Source: Octopus sinensis (taxonomy: Eukaryota). From it: a stretch of 64,000 bases of DNA. A program made the position numbers and the translations under genes. Each line of letters opens with the position of its first letter. The first letter of the stretch is position 1. The stretch spans positions 930,001-994,000 of the forward strand of contig NC_043023.1 in assembly GCF_006345805.1 (NCBI RefSeq). The letters are read 5' to 3'. Below, piece after piece: positions 25,445-40,173 of the stretch. The notes under the pieces were generated by a model. The model saw only the letters and a list, made by a program, of their open reading frames with translations. It searched no databases and was not told the DNA's origin.

Positions 25445-25478
<34 letters not shown>

Positions 25479-25649
25479 AGTATTTTTTATTCTCTGTTTA
25501 TTTCCTCATTTTTCTTTCTGTTGAAGAGCATAGGCTTGAGATGTAAAAGACTTTCTCACTTTCTCAAGTATCAAGCTAATTAATACATCTGCTTGTTCCT
25601 CACCTGTCTTCGTCTTTTGTTTTTCTGTAAATTTCAACTATATATAAAT

Positions 25650-25935
25650 ATGTGGCCGATGCCAGGGCTGCATTGACTGGCTTCTGTGCTGGGGCACGTA
25701 AAAAGCACCAACCGATCGTGGCCGCTGCCAGACTCCCCTGGTACCTGTGCCGGTGGCACGTAAAAAGCACCCACTACACTCACGGAGTGGTTGGCATTAG
25801 GAAGGGCATCCAGCTGTAGAAACACTGCCAGATCAGACTGGAGCCTAGTGCAGCCTCCTGGCTTCCCAGACCCCGGTCGAACTGTCCAACCCGTGCTAGC
25901 ACGTAAAACGGACATTAAAGGATGATGATGATGAT
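25650..25935 (+). mobile_element. RTE LINE 3'UTR fragment
   Basis: Family match with (GAT)n tail. Confidence 0.75.
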
Positions 25936-26599
25936 AATATATATGTATATGATAAGCTTCTTTCAGTTTCTATCTAACAAATCCAGTCACAAGGCTTTGG
26001 TCGGCCCGTGGTTATAGTAGATAATACTTCCCTAAGGTACCACCCAGTTGGACTGAAAACAGAACCTTGTGTTTGGGAAGCAAGCTTCTTACCATACAGT
26101 TTTGCCAATGCATGCATGTATATATATATATATAAATGGAACAAAAACACAATAGAGGACAATAAACCATTCGGACAAATAGAAGATACAAAGGCAGACA
26201 AGAGAAACAACAATTAGAAGGACAGGCACAAAAAGACGGGTCATACGTGGCTTTCTTTCCTCAGTCAAGTTCCAGAAGTCATAACCATTTTGGACAGTTA
26301 CACTTGAGATGGTTTGATCTGGTTGCCCCTAATATACACACACACAATGCACGTAGTCTTTTTATTATATTATTTACTATTCATTGATTTTGTACTTTAT
26401 TGATTTTTAGAATAAGGTTTTATTTTAGTATATATTTTCTATATGGTGTGAATAACATCTTTCATTATTGAATTGTTTAATGGAGGTTTTTCTCTAAATT
26501 ATATACATATATATATTATATATTGCAAAATTTGATTTAGAATTGCTTAATTGAATTTTTCCCTGTAAGTTTGGAATCATATTCCCAACTATTATTATC

Positions 26600-26641
<42 letters not shown>

Positions 26642-27196
26642 CATACACATATACACACACACACACACACAACAATCTTCTTTCACTTTCTATCTACAAA
26701 ATCCACTCACAAGGCTTTTGTCAGCCTGAGGCTACATATTGTAGCAGACATGTGCCCAAGGTGCCACACAATGAGACTGAACCCAGAGCAATGTGGTCGG
26801 GAAGCAAGCATCTTACCACAAAATATTTTGAGTAGTGTAGAAGTATAACTAATTTATTGCTCATAAACTTTAACAGGAGAATCTGATATGGAACTCTTAG
26901 GGTCATACGGACCCAGGTGAGAACCTCACCATGAAGGAGGGATCGTGAAAGCCCTATTCCATTTCAAGATATAGAGAGGCGGCTATTTTTAGTGTTATTC
27001 AATAGTGTCTTTGAGAGTTTCCATGGCTTGGCAGAGATTTATAGTGCATTGCAATACCTATCTGCATCTGAAGCTGCCTCACACCATCCACTTGTGCGTG
27101 TGTGTGTATATATACATGTACACATATACACACCTACATTTATAGAGGTACATCAGTGTGTGTATATATGTGTGTGTGTAGGTATGTGTATATATA

Positions 27197-27230
<34 letters not shown>

Positions 27231-27283
27231 CTGTGTGTTTGTGTGTGCAATTATATCTATATATATATATATATATACATCAT

Positions 27284-27319
<36 letters not shown>

Positions 27320-28199
27320 AATACATACATTCCTAAAGAATTTTCTTTGTCTTCTTCTTTTCATTGGTATACACACACACACACATCACTATGTATGCTT
27401 ATATTTATATATGTATATAATTATGTATATATATGTGTGTGTGTGTCTCTCTCTCTCTATATATATGTATTTATATGTTTACATATGTATGTAAGTATAT
27501 GTATATAAGTATGTATATGTATATTTATCTGTGTATATAAATATGTATATGTGTATAAGAATGTGTATATATATGTATGTGTGCAAATATATGTATATAT
27601 ATATATATATATATTTGTATATGCATATATGCTTTTATATATGTGTGTGTATGTAGGAATGTGCACATATATATATATAAATATATATTTATATATATAT
27701 ATATATGTGTGTGTGTGTGCGTGTGTGTGTATAGATAGACATATATAGACAGACAGATAGATATGGGTACGTAAGTATATATATCGTTTCTCTTAATCAC
27801 TCCAGGGAGTTGTGTCTTAAAAGCATTTAGCACTCCCAATAAGTTCAACTGTTGCATTCACAGAGGTAGTTTAGAAGGGTGGAAGGAAAGGTGAGGGAGT
27901 AGGGTGGAAAACGGGTGGAATGCCTTCGTTGTTTTAGTGTGGCAGGTTACATTGACATTGGGTGTGATTACGCATATCTCCAGGTAATAATACAGGTGAT
28001 TACTAATTAGATATATACATAGGTTCTGGTGTAGCTGTGTGGTTAAGAAGCTTGCTTCCCAACCATGTGGTCTTGGGTTCAGTCCCACTGCATGATACCT
28101 TGGGTAAGTGTCTTCTACTATAGCTTCAGGCCAACCAAAACATTGAGAGTGAAATTTGTTGATCAAAACTTAAAAAAGCCTATCTCATATATATATATA

Positions 28200-29214
28200 T
28201 AGGGTTGGCAACTAAGTTCCTGCCATTTATTAAAATCTAAATTTTTTAAAGGTTTAATAAAAAATAACAACTAATTAATCAATAATGTATTCACCGTTGT
28301 GGTTTTTTCAACTTCTTCCCAATGTTCAACAAGTTTTTCAATACCTCGTTGGTAGAAATTACCTGATTTCGACTCAAAAAATTGATCCAACCAAGCTCTC
28401 AAGTCTGCATCAGTATTGAACCAAACTCTGTGCATAGCATTTGAAAGAGATTGAAAGAGGTGGAAATCTGTTGGTGCCAAATCAGGAGAGTATGGCGGAT
28501 GTGGCAACATTTCCCAGCCATACGTTTGAATGGCTTCCTTGGTCATATTGGCAATATGAGGGTGGGTGTTGTGCAGCAGAAGAACCCCAAGCTCCCAATT
28601 AGGTCTTTTCTCTTGAACAGCCGTGTTGAGTCGTTCCATCTGTTGAACATCGTGTTCCACATTGACCATTTGGCAAACCAGCTGAGATTGTGGCTTGTTA
28701 ATTTTTGTTGTTGTCACTTAAAGCATGCAGAACCCATGCTCCATACTTCTGAAACTTTCCCATCGAGTGAAGATGCTTCTCTGTAGCAGTGTGGGAGTAT
28801 TCCATTTTCTCTGCCAGTTTCCTTTTCATTTGACAAGAATTTTTGTGCAAACTCAACTGGACGGCCAGAACATTTTTGAACTTGGCATACTAATCACGAG
28901 CTGTTCTTTCAGCTTTGGCACCGTCTCCATACACAATACACAGCTCAAATGTTGCAAGCATCTTTAGTGGCCTTAGAACCTTGATTAAAAGCAAAAAGAA
29001 GGAGGTGTTGAAAATGCTTGTTTTTCTTAACTTGACATTCCATTTTAATGATCTGAAAATAAACAACAATTAAGTAAAATTAACTAGAAAAAAAAACAAA
29101 ATAGATTCCAAAATGATTCAAAAATAGAATTCTCCAAAAAATAGATTCCAAAATTTAAAAAATGCTATAAATTCCAAAATTTAAATAACGTCTGGAACTT
29201 AGCTGCCAACCCAA
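28200..29214 (-). mobile_element. Decayed mariner transposon with TIRs
   Basis: TIRs GGGTTGGCAACTAAGTTCC (28202) / GGAACTTAGCTGCCAACCC (29194-29212), in (TA)n; transposase begins MECQVKKNKHFQHLLLFAF at 29043 and contains HPPYSPDLAPTDFHLFQSL; frameshifts and deletions. Confidence 0.9.
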
Positions 29215-29302
29215 GATATATATATATCATCATCATTTAATATATATATATATATATATATAATATATATATATATTATATATATATATATATATGATAT
29301 AT

Positions 29303-29790
29303 ATGAGGGGTGTTCATTAAAGATTTTCTCCAAGGAAAGGGATAAACGAAAACTTGGCATAATTATTGGTCCTTCTCTACATAAACGCCACCAATGATGA
29401 CACACTTCTCCCATCGCTTTATACAGCTGTGAAGACCTTGTCTGAAGAAGTCAGTAGGTTGCGTCTGGAGCCAAGACTTTATCTCAGAAATAAGTTCATC
29501 ATCATCTGATAAGTGCTTCTTCTCCAAAAAGGACTTCATGGTTGGAAAGATGTGGAAGTCAGATGGTATGGGGTCAGGAGACTAAGGGATGAGGAAGGAT
29601 TTCATAGCCACAGGAGTGTGCTTTCACCTGGGCAACATCCACATTGGGAACTGACATGTTGTCTTGAAGAAGGCTTCTCTGCTTTAATGGCATCCTGCAA
29701 TTTCTGCAGCAGAGAAGCATGATATGCCTTATTGTTTGTGGTGCCCTTTGACAAAAAATCCATCATCATTACTCCACGCTAGTCCCATCA
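29303..29790 (-). mobile_element. Second mariner family, 3' fragment
   Basis: SPDPIPSDFHIFPTMKSFLEKKHLSDDDELISEIKSWLQTQPTDFFRQGLHSCIKRWEKCVIIGGVYVEK; TATGAGGGGTGTTCA TIR-like end. Confidence 0.8.
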
Positions 29791-30519
29791 TTGGAGGTGG
29801 TGAGTTATCATGCTTCTACTGTGTGTATTTGTGCATGTGAGTGCATGTATATATGTATGTAAATATCTGGGTGTGTGTGTATGTGTTGTGTTTGTCCCCC
29901 ACCACTACTTGACAACCAGTGATGGTTTGTTTACATTCCTGTAGCATAGCAGTTAAGCAAAACAGGCCAACAAAAATTGCTGGCCTTCTTTCAAAATTTG
30001 AACCCTTTATAATTATTATCATTTTCATGAAAGTGGTGAGCTCACAGGATTGTTAATGTGTCAGAGAAAATGCTGAGTGGCATTTCGTCTGCCTTTATAT
30101 TCTGAGTTCAAATTCTGCCTAGGTTGACTTTGCCTTTCATTCTTTCGGGGTTAATGAAATAAGTACCAGTTGAACACACCGTCCCCTAAAGTTTCAGGCC
30201 TTGTGCCAATAGTGGAAAAGGTTATTATTATTATTACTGAGCCAAATATAATGCTTAGTGACATTTTGTCTTTTTACTTTTGTTTTTTTACTTACTTCAG
30301 TCATTTGACTGTGGCCATGCTGGAGCACCACCTTTAGTCAAACAAATCGACCCCCGGGACTTATTCTTTGTAAGCCTAGTACTTATTCTATCAACCTCTT
30401 TTTGCTGACCCACTAAGTGATGGGGATGTAAATATACCAACATCGGTTGTCAAGTGATGGTGGGTAGACAAATAACAAAGACACATGTACATATATATAT
30501 ATATATACACATACATACA

Positions 30520-30567
<48 letters not shown>

Positions 30568-30664
30568 CATACATACATACATACATATATATACGACAGG
30601 CTTCTTTCTGTTTCCATGTACCAAATCCACTCACAAGGCTATGGATGACCCGAAGTTATAGCAG

Positions 30665-31200
30665 TGCATGCCATCAAAGTGACACTGGGGTAAAATATAT
30701 GAAGCCCAGTATACCCATCATGACTACCCATCTGATAAGGGTACATTAGGCACATGCATCACAGCCATATATGTGCAACATGGTGATCTCATATCAAGAC
30801 AAACAGCACATTACCTTGCAGGTGGGGCCCAGTTAGAATTTTCTTCTGATCAAGTAACCCATCCCACTCAAAAGGTCTCTGAATAAGGGTTGTTTAAGGA
30901 TGTTTTCAGAGGTGAATTATTCAAACCCCAAAGAATTCCTCTCAACACATGGCTATGATGCTTCCCCACTACTTCTGCTTGTGATCAGTGATTTACATAT
31001 CGTCAGCCACTAAGGGACATGCTCAACTTGTTAATGTCAAACAACTGACAAGCAAATCTGTGGTATTGAGCAGAATATTTGCTGTAGCCCATCTTTTATA
31101 CCAAGACAAAACAATGTACATGATAACACTTCCAATCAGTTAAGATCAGAAGCCACGAGAGCCACTGCCTGGTACTGCATCAGGGCATTCATTATTATTA
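30665..31200 (+). mobile_element. Unclassified insertion, probable LINE 3'UTR with (ATT)n tail
   Basis: Complex sequence that truncates a type A SINE and ends in an ATT repeat; no homolog in the window. Confidence 0.35.
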
Positions 31201-31311
31201 TCATCTTTTCGGGGTCGATAAAATAAGTACCAGTTGAAAACTAGGTTTGAGATAATCGAGTCATCCCTTTCCCAAAATTTCTGCCCTTATGGAAAAAATT
31301 GAAACCATTAA

Positions 31312-31356
<45 letters not shown>

Positions 31357-32063
31357 TACTACTACTACTACTACATTGATGTTTGGAGTATTTTTCCTTC
31401 TGTTTGTGAATGCAGAGATAGCCATGAACCCAAACACATACAGATATATATATATATGTGAATATGTATGTATATGAGTGTGTGGATGTGCATACATATG
31501 AATATGCACACACACACATTCTCCTATATACATACTATACATACAAAAACTGGGACACACACATACATACATATATGTATATATATATATACATGTATAC
31601 ATATACATGCATACATACATATATACATACAATCATATATATATATATATATATTTATATGTATATATTACCTTATTGGTGTGAACTGAGGCTTGAAAGA
31701 AAAATAAATTGATTCCAGACAATTTTAGTGGAAAAAAAAATAAAGAAACCAATATAAACAAAAGAAAAAGAAAAACCAAAACAAAACCAAACAAAAAAGC
31801 AAATATTGAAATGTCTAATACATGTTTAAGCCGTATGATATGGAGTAGGGTAATAATACGTGAGACAACAAACATAATTAATTAAATAATTTTAAATAAA
31901 ACATATTATATACGACTATTTATTATATTTGATATGTATGTGTTATGCGTATATATGTATGTATGTATGTTTATGTATGTTTATGTGTGTTTATGTGTGT
32001 GTTTGTGTTGTGAGTGTGGATATACATATTTCATATATATTATCTAGAATGTCATATTAATAT

Positions 32064-32101
<38 letters not shown>

Positions 32102-32174
32102 TGTGTGTAGCTGACTCTGTGTACAGATATACATAATATTTAATATATCACATACACACACATATATATGCATG

Positions 32175-32213
<39 letters not shown>

Positions 32214-32404
32214 GTATGAATGTATATATCTGTATATATATATACGTATACACACACACACATTATATATATATATATACATACATATATATGTGTGTGT
32301 ATGTTTGACTGGGTGTACAATACAGATATGCATAATATTTAATATATATCATTTATAAAGCCATTCAAATATATTCATGTGAAAACATAAATAAACATAC
32401 ATAT

Positions 32405-32436
<32 letters not shown>

Positions 32437-33989
32437 CATCATTTAGTGTCTGCTTTCCATGCTGGCACTAAATGATGATGATGATATATATATATATATT
32501 GATATCCATAAACTGTGTGTATATGCATAGTTATGTATACATACATATACAACCATATATGTGTGTGCATGTGTGTGTATGTATGTATATATATATATAT
32601 ATATAAGACGTCCTCCCCATACAACGACAATGATGGCCACCACCACTGCCACCACGATAACCTTTCTACATCACCACCTCCCACCACCTCTCCCCCTCCT
32701 CCATTTTACCAAATAACTAATAACATAAGCCAATGGTAATTTTTCTGGATTTTCGCTTATTTCTTTTCTATATTTTTTTTTTTGGTCTTTTTGTATTTAT
32801 TGTGGGAAATTTAAAAGAATCCGTGCAAGAAGACCAGGATATTTCACAGTTCCATGCACAAGACTTGAAGACAAAAAATGGATTAGCAGCGAATCTTGGC
32901 TGTTGGCTGTCCAAATGTGACACAGAGATGGAGGGAAGTAAGGAGAGAGAGAGAGAAGGGAAAGAGAAAGGCAGATGGAAGATGGAGAGGAGACAGAGAG
33001 TGAAGACGAGGAATTTGAGAAGGAGAGTCAGATATGTAGAGGGAAGAGAGAAAGAGAGAGAGAGAGAGAAACTGAGGGAAAGAGAGAGGGAGAGAAATGG
33101 GGTGGAGAGAGGGATGGAATATGAGGAATTTAAGAATGAATGAGGGACAGGCTGAGAAAGAAGAGAGATAGAGAGGGGGAGAAAGAGAGAGAGAAGAAGA
33201 GAGACTGAGAGAGGGAGATAGAGAAAGAAAGAGAAAGAGAGAGAGAGAGAAATGGGGTGGAGAGAGGGATGGAATATGAGGAATTTAAAAATGAAGGAGG
33301 GACAAGCTGAGAGAGAAGAGAGATAGAGAGAGGGAGAGAGAGAAAGAGAGAGAGAGGAAGAGAGGGAGAGAGAGAGAGAGAGGAAGAAATGACAAGAGAA
33401 TGAGGTGAATGAGCTTTTTGCTGATTTTGGGGGTTTATTTCAAGGAATTTAGGGATGAGAGAAAGAGGGAGGGAAGAAGAAAAAGAAAGAAAAATGGAGA
33501 GATATAGAGAGAGACAGAGTGATATATAGGGAGAGAGGAAGAAAGAGAGATAAAGAGAGAGAGAGGGAGAGTAGGAGGATGAAGAAAGTTGAAGTGATTG
33601 AATGTGCAAGAGAGGGGGAGATCAAGAATGAGAGAGATCGATCGAGTGTCATGGAGCCATCATGAGAGAGAATAAGGGGAGATGGAAAAAGGGTTAGAAG
33701 GAGAGTGATAGGAATGATCATTTTGCAATTTCAGGGGTTTAATTTAAGGAATTTAGTAGTAAATGAAAGACAGAGGGATAGATAGGTAGATAGATAGAAT
33801 GGAAATTAAGGAAGGGATATAGAGAGGGAGTGACATGAAGGAATTTGTTGTTGTTTTTGTGGGGTTTATTTTAAGGAATTTTGGAATAAGGGAAGGATAG
33901 AGAGAGAGAGAGAGAGAAAAGAGAAGGGGCAAAAGGATTTTTTTTTGGCTGTTTTGGTGTGTTGTTTCAAGGAATTTACAAATGAGTGA

Positions 33990-34136
33990 AAGACAGATAG
34001 ATAGATAGATAGACAAATAGATAGATGAATAGATAGATGGATGGATAGATAGATAGAAATGCAGATAGATAGATAGATAAAGATACAGACAGTAGAGAGA
34101 TAGATAGATAGATAGATAAAGATACAGACAGTAGAG

Positions 34137-34171
<35 letters not shown>

Positions 34172-34247
34172 CAGACAGATGGAGAGATATACAGATAGAT
34201 TGACAGGCAGACAGATAGACGGACAGGTGGATAGATAGATGAGATAG

Positions 34248-34281
<34 letters not shown>

Positions 34282-34313
34282 AAAGACAGACAGACAGAGA
34301 GAGAGACAGAGAC

Positions 34314-34354
<41 letters not shown>

Positions 34355-34374
34355 TAGATAGATAGATGGATAGG

Positions 34375-34413
<39 letters not shown>

Positions 34414-34500
34414 GAAGACAGATAGATAGACAGACAGACAGACAGATAGGTAGATAGATACACAGACAGATAGATGGAAAGATAGATAGATAGATAAATA
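33990..34500. repeat. (GATA)n/(GACA)n microsatellite, preceded by a GA-rich tract from 32925
   Basis: Directly visible. Confidence 0.9.
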
Positions 34501-35568
34501 GGAAAAGGTGACAAAATTGTGGAAAGGAAGAAGAAAGCATCGAATTGAGAAATTCTTACTATTCTTGTGTTTAAGAGAGGAGAAAAAGAGAGAATAGAAT
34601 TCTTTGTATTTATTTGAAAGTTTTATAAGAATTTAAGAGGAAAAAGAGAGAGAATGAGGTGGGTGGAGAATGAAGATTTTTAAATTCATTTCTGAGATTT
34701 GAAAGAACTTGACTCTTTTGCATTCAGATTATTTTGTCAAATGTAATATTTATTTACTCACATTGTTTTGAATTAATTAACCATGCACTATATCATAGCT
34801 TTCTGATTTCATTGATGTTAATGTTTAGTTTTAGAATGGCATTGTAAGGTAGGTGTGAGAGGTAGGATCTGATCAGTTTAACCATTTAGTATACAGATTC
34901 CTCGGTCAAATGTAATAATTATTTATTCCCATTGTTTTGAATTAATCATGCATCATCTTTTTTTTCTTTTTTACTCTTTTCCTTGTGTCAGCCATTTGAC
35001 TGCGGCCATGCTGGAGCACTGCCTTTAGTCGAGCAAATTGACTAAGCCTAGTACTTTGTAAGCCTAGTTCTTATTCTATCATTCTCTTTTGCCAAACCGC
35101 TAAATTACGGGGACATAAACACACCAGCATCAGTTGTCAAGTGATGTTGGTGGAGACAAACACAGACACACAAACATAAGCACATATATATATACATATA
35201 CATATATACGACAGGCTTCTTTCAGTTTCCATCTACCAAATCCACTCACAAGACCTTGGTCAGCCCGAAACTATAGTAGAAGACACTTGCCCAAGGTGCC
35301 ATGCAGTGGGACTGAACCCGAGACCATGTGATTGGTAAGCAAGCTACTTGCCACACAGCCACCCCTGCACCTATAAGATTTTGATGGTGTGATTGTTTAT
35401 TTTCAGAATGACATGTAGGGTGGCATGAGAAGCTAGATCTGTCCAGTTTGACCATAAAACAGAATATTAGGATCTGATATGGCGAGTTTATTCCTTTAGC
35501 ATTTAGATTACTCTATCAAATGTAATGCTCATTTATGCAGATTGTTTTGAAGTAATCAGTCTCAAGAA

Positions 35569-35805
35569 TTCAATGTGGTATAGTGGTTAAGAGCGCAGGC
35601 TACTAACCTCAAGATTCCAAGTTCGATTCCAAGTAGTGACCTGAACAATAATAATAATGATAACATCAAAAAATATCTTAGGAATGAGAACCCAGGTTCA
35701 AAATTTCCCCAAGACACCTGATGAAGGCTGGAGGGTATATCAGCCGAAATGTTGTGTGTAACAACAAACAAGATGAGGACAAATATCTGTCAAATGTAAA
35801 TAATG
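35569..35805 (+). mobile_element. tRNA-headed SINE type D with a minimal hammerhead (35713-35758)
   Basis: GTGGTATAGTGG A box, GTTCGATTCC B box; GACAC CUGAUGA A GGCUG...CAGCC GAAA UGUU GUGU. Confidence 0.75.
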
Positions 35806-36556
35806 ATGTGATGGTTTATTTTTAGAATGGCATTGTAAGGTAGGGGTGGAGGTAGGATCTGATCAGTTTAACCATTTAGTATACAGATTCCTCGGTCAAA
35901 TGTAATAATTATTTATTCCCATTGTTTTGAATTATCATGCATCATCTTTTTTTCTTTTTTACTCTTTTCCTTGTGTCAGCCTTTGACTGCGGCCATGCTG
36001 GAGCACTGCCTTTAGTCGAGCAAATTGACTAAGCCTAGTACTTTGTAAGCCTAGTTCTTATTCTATCATTCTCTTTTGCCAAACCGCTAAATTACGGGAC
36101 ATAAACACCCAGCATCAGTTGTCAAGTGATGTTGTGGAGACAAACACAGACAACACAACATAAGCACATATATATATACATATACATATATACGACAGGC
36201 TTCTTTCAGTTTCCATCTACCAAATCCACTCACAAGACCTTGGTCAGCCCGAAACTATAGTAGAAGACACTTGCCCAAGGTGCCATGCAGTGGGACTGAA
36301 CCCGAGACCATGTGATTGGTAAGCAAGCTACTTGCCACACAGCCACCCCTGCACCTATAAGATTTTGATGGTGTGATTGTTTATTTTCAGAATGACATTG
36401 TAGGGTTGGCATGAGAAGCTAGATCTGTCCAGTTTGACCATAAAACAGAATATTAGGATCTGATATGGCGAGTTTATTCCTTTAGCATTTAGATTACTCT
36501 ATCAAATGTAATGCTCATTTATGCAGATTGTTTTGAAGTAATCAGTCTCAAGAATT

Positions 36557-36790
36557 CAATGTGGTATAGTGGTTAAGAGCGCAGGCTACTAACCTCAAGA
36601 TTCCAAGTTCGATTCCAAGTAGTGACCTGAACAATAATAATAATGATAACATCAAAAAATATCTTAGGAATGAGAACCCAGGTTCAAAATTTCCCCAAGA
36701 CACCTGATGAAGGCTGGAGGGTATATCAGCCGAAATGTTGTGTTAACAACAAACAAGATGAGGACAAATATCTGTCAAATGTAAATAATG
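36557..36790 (+). mobile_element. Duplicate SINE type D with hammerhead (36699-36744)
   Basis: As 35569-35805; helix I GACAC/GUGUU. Confidence 0.75.
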
Positions 36791-37339
36791 ATGTGATGGT
36801 TTATTTTTAGAATGGCATTGTAGGGTAGATGAGATAAGCTGGACCCAGCCAGTTTGAACATAAAACCAGCCAGATATGGCTGGCTTAACACTTTAGCATT
36901 CAGATTACTCTGTCAAATAAGAAGCTTATTTATCCATTGTTTTGAATTAATCAAGCATTACCTTGTGGCTTCAAGATTTTGATGATGTGATTGTTTATTT
37001 TAGGAATGACCATGTTGGGTAGGTGTGAAAGGTTGGATCTGGTTGGTTTCAGCATTAAACTGTTAAACTATTTGGCCAGATTATGGCCAGTTTAATCCTT
37101 TGGCATTGAGATTATTCTGTCCAATGTAAAGCTTATTTATTCACATTGCTTTGAACTAATCACACATTATCTCATTGCTTTGAGATTTTGATGATGTGGT
37201 TACTTTTAGAATTACTAACAAAGAAAAGCAAGAACAAAGGAGGCAAAGAAAGACAGGGAAGCAAGGAGGGAGGAAGGGAAGGATTACTGAAAAGGGGAGG
37301 TAATTCGTATAAAGTTCTGTTCTGCTGTGATGATAATCT

Positions 37340-37940
37340 GTTACTGTTGCTGTTTAATGCCTTATAAGTCTTGATCCAAGAGACCTATGATCAAAAATGT
37401 TCCAGCTGTGACCATCCCATCCATTATTCAGACATAATGTATCTTGGACTACATTAGCTGATGTGTATTATAGTACTTATTACCAGAAGCTATAGTTGTT
37501 GTTGTTTAGCCCCAGGTCAGTCTAGATCCAACAGACCTACGATCAAGGATGTTCCAGCTGTGACCATCCCATCTATTATTCAGGCATAGTGTATCTTGGA
37601 CTACATTATCAAATGTATAATATATTAGTGATAATGAGGATGTTGTTGTTGTTTAACGTAAGGTCAGCCATGATCCAGTGGATCTATGATCAAAGATGTT
37701 CCAACTATGACCATCCCATCATTTATTCAGGCATAGTGTATCTAGGACTACATTATCTAATGTACAATACAGTAGTTAGTATTGGTGGTTATGGTTGCTG
37801 TTGTTTAGCCCCAGGTCAGTCCTGATCCAGTCAACCTATGATCAAAGATGTTGCACCTTTTATTCAGGCATAGTGTATCTAGGACTACATTATCTAATGT
37901 ATAGTATGGTAGTTAGTATTAGGGGTTATAATTGTTTACG
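37340..37940 (+). repeat. Four-unit ~150 bp tandem repeat
   Basis: GTTGTTTAGCCCCAGGTCAG...ACCTATGATCAAAGATGTTCCAGCTGTGACCATCCCATC...GGACTACATTA repeated. Confidence 0.85.
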
Positions 37941-38838
37941 TGTTGTTAGGGACCACACACAGTATCTAACGTGCAGTTGTTTGTTTTAAGATAACAAGGG
38001 TGGGTATAAATTGAGGGAGGATTAGCTGCTATTTCTGGTAGGTTGTGAGGAAGGAAAGACCGGGGAAACAGACTAAAACAAAACAAAGAAAAATTAAACC
38101 AAAACAAAAAAAAATAAAAAACAAAACAAGATGCAAAAAAACGCAGTGTCGCCATGGAAGGATTGTGTGTGTGGTAGGAGCAAATTGAGAGGGAAGTGGG
38201 AGTAGGGACCGGTGCCTTGCTCTCCTGTGTGTTAATAAATGTCAAATATTTTGTGTTGTGTTTAAAATGTAATTGCGATGTAATACGATATAGCTTTAAT
38301 ATACACTCGTTTAAATTGGACTTCTACTTTTCGGCTCATGTATGGGGTGTATATATATATATATATGCATGTATATATGGGTGTGTGAGGTAATGTGGTG
38401 TGTGTGTGTGTGTGTGTGTGTCTGGCAGGTTTTTGAATTACATAATTCAAAAATACTGTATAGGTGTATGAATGTACCTATATGTATGTGTATATTCATA
38501 TATATATATATATACATATTTACATACACACACACAGACAGACATATATATATATATTTACATACACACGCAGACAGACATATATATATATATTTACATA
38601 TACACACAGACATATATATATATATATATATGGAAAGAGTGAAGTACATAGATGCATACATAAATACATACATACATATATACATACATATATATATATA
38701 CTAGTATATATATATATATATAAATGTACTTGAGTGTATGTAGGAACTTGTATAAATATACCAGTTTATAAATGTGTATGTGTATACATATATAAATATA
38801 TGTATGTGCATATATATATATGTGTGTGTGTTTGTGTA

Positions 38839-38879
<41 letters not shown>

Positions 38880-39008
38880 CAGACATGTCTCATTTCGTAA
38901 GCATATCCTAAGGGATGAGTATCCATGTTCAGAGTATATATATGTATATTTATTCATATATATATTTATTATAAATATCAAATATATCATAAAATTAATC
39001 TTGTTTCT

Positions 39009-39043
<35 letters not shown>

Positions 39044-39545
39044 ATACTTATATATTGTATGTATGTATGTAAAATATTAATAAAATACAGGAAATATATT
39101 TGGTATTTTATGCCTTATATAACATACACATGTTTTGAGCAGACACACAGACACACATATATAAGTATATTTGCATATCTCAGATTTCCTTAAAACTACA
39201 TCAATTTATATCAAAATTCCAGAAACGCAACACACGCTAGTCACAAGACACGCACATAAACTCACATGCATACACAGTATATATGTATTTTCACATGTAT
39301 ATGCAATAAATATATATATATATGTATTAGGTTAGGTTTTTGTATACTGATGTAATTTACATTCAGATGAAAACAGAAAAGCAGTTTTTTAAGGATAGAC
39401 ACATATACTTATATATACAGTTACAATTAAATGCATTTGGAACATAGTATTTGTGTATAGGGAGTGTATGGTTATATATTGCTATGTATTTATATGCATA
39501 TGTTAAACATATCGATATGTATTTTAACATATGTACAAATAGTTG

Positions 39546-39597
<52 letters not shown>

Positions 39598-40173
39598 GGA
39601 GTAAACAGGCTTTGTTGAATTTTCTGCTGCTTTAAATAAAGTATGTATATATATATATATATATAATATATATATATGGATATATGTATGTATATTATAT
39701 ATATGTATGCACACACACAAATATTTATACACACATAATACACACCCATATATATATGAATGTAGGTGTGTGTGTGAGAGTGTATATCTATGATATATTC
39801 ACAAACATGAGTGTGTGTGTGTGTATGTGCACATATGCACACACATAGCATTTTTGACAAAAATGCAGTAATTCGTAACAACCTTTCACCTGCAAGCACA
39901 ATCATAAAAATAGACACACACACACACATGCACGTTGATATGCACACATGCACATATATGCATATATACATGTACACCATATAGTTACACATATATACAC
40001 TTGTTATTAGATTGCTGTCAGTTTGTCTCCATGTAAAATTGCATAAATGTCATGTACACACATATATACATATACACGTGCTCATGAAAGCATACAATTC
40101 TATATGCGTGAAAAAAACACGTACACATACTCACAAATAATTAAAACTGTTTTTTTTGTTGGTTATGAAGATG

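Larger units (their letters stand above)
34825..36825. repeat. ~990 bp near-identical tandem duplication
   Basis: 34825-35815 is repeated at 35816-36825 including its SINE A and SINE D; differences are mostly 1 bp indels. Confidence 0.9.
34708..37210 (+). repeat. Tandem array of ~170-190 bp MITE-like units interrupted by SINEs
   Basis: Recurring CTTTAGCATTCAGATTACTCT...TTTTGAATTAATC...TTTTAGAATGACATTGTAGGG; solo copy at 52028-52240. Confidence 0.7.
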
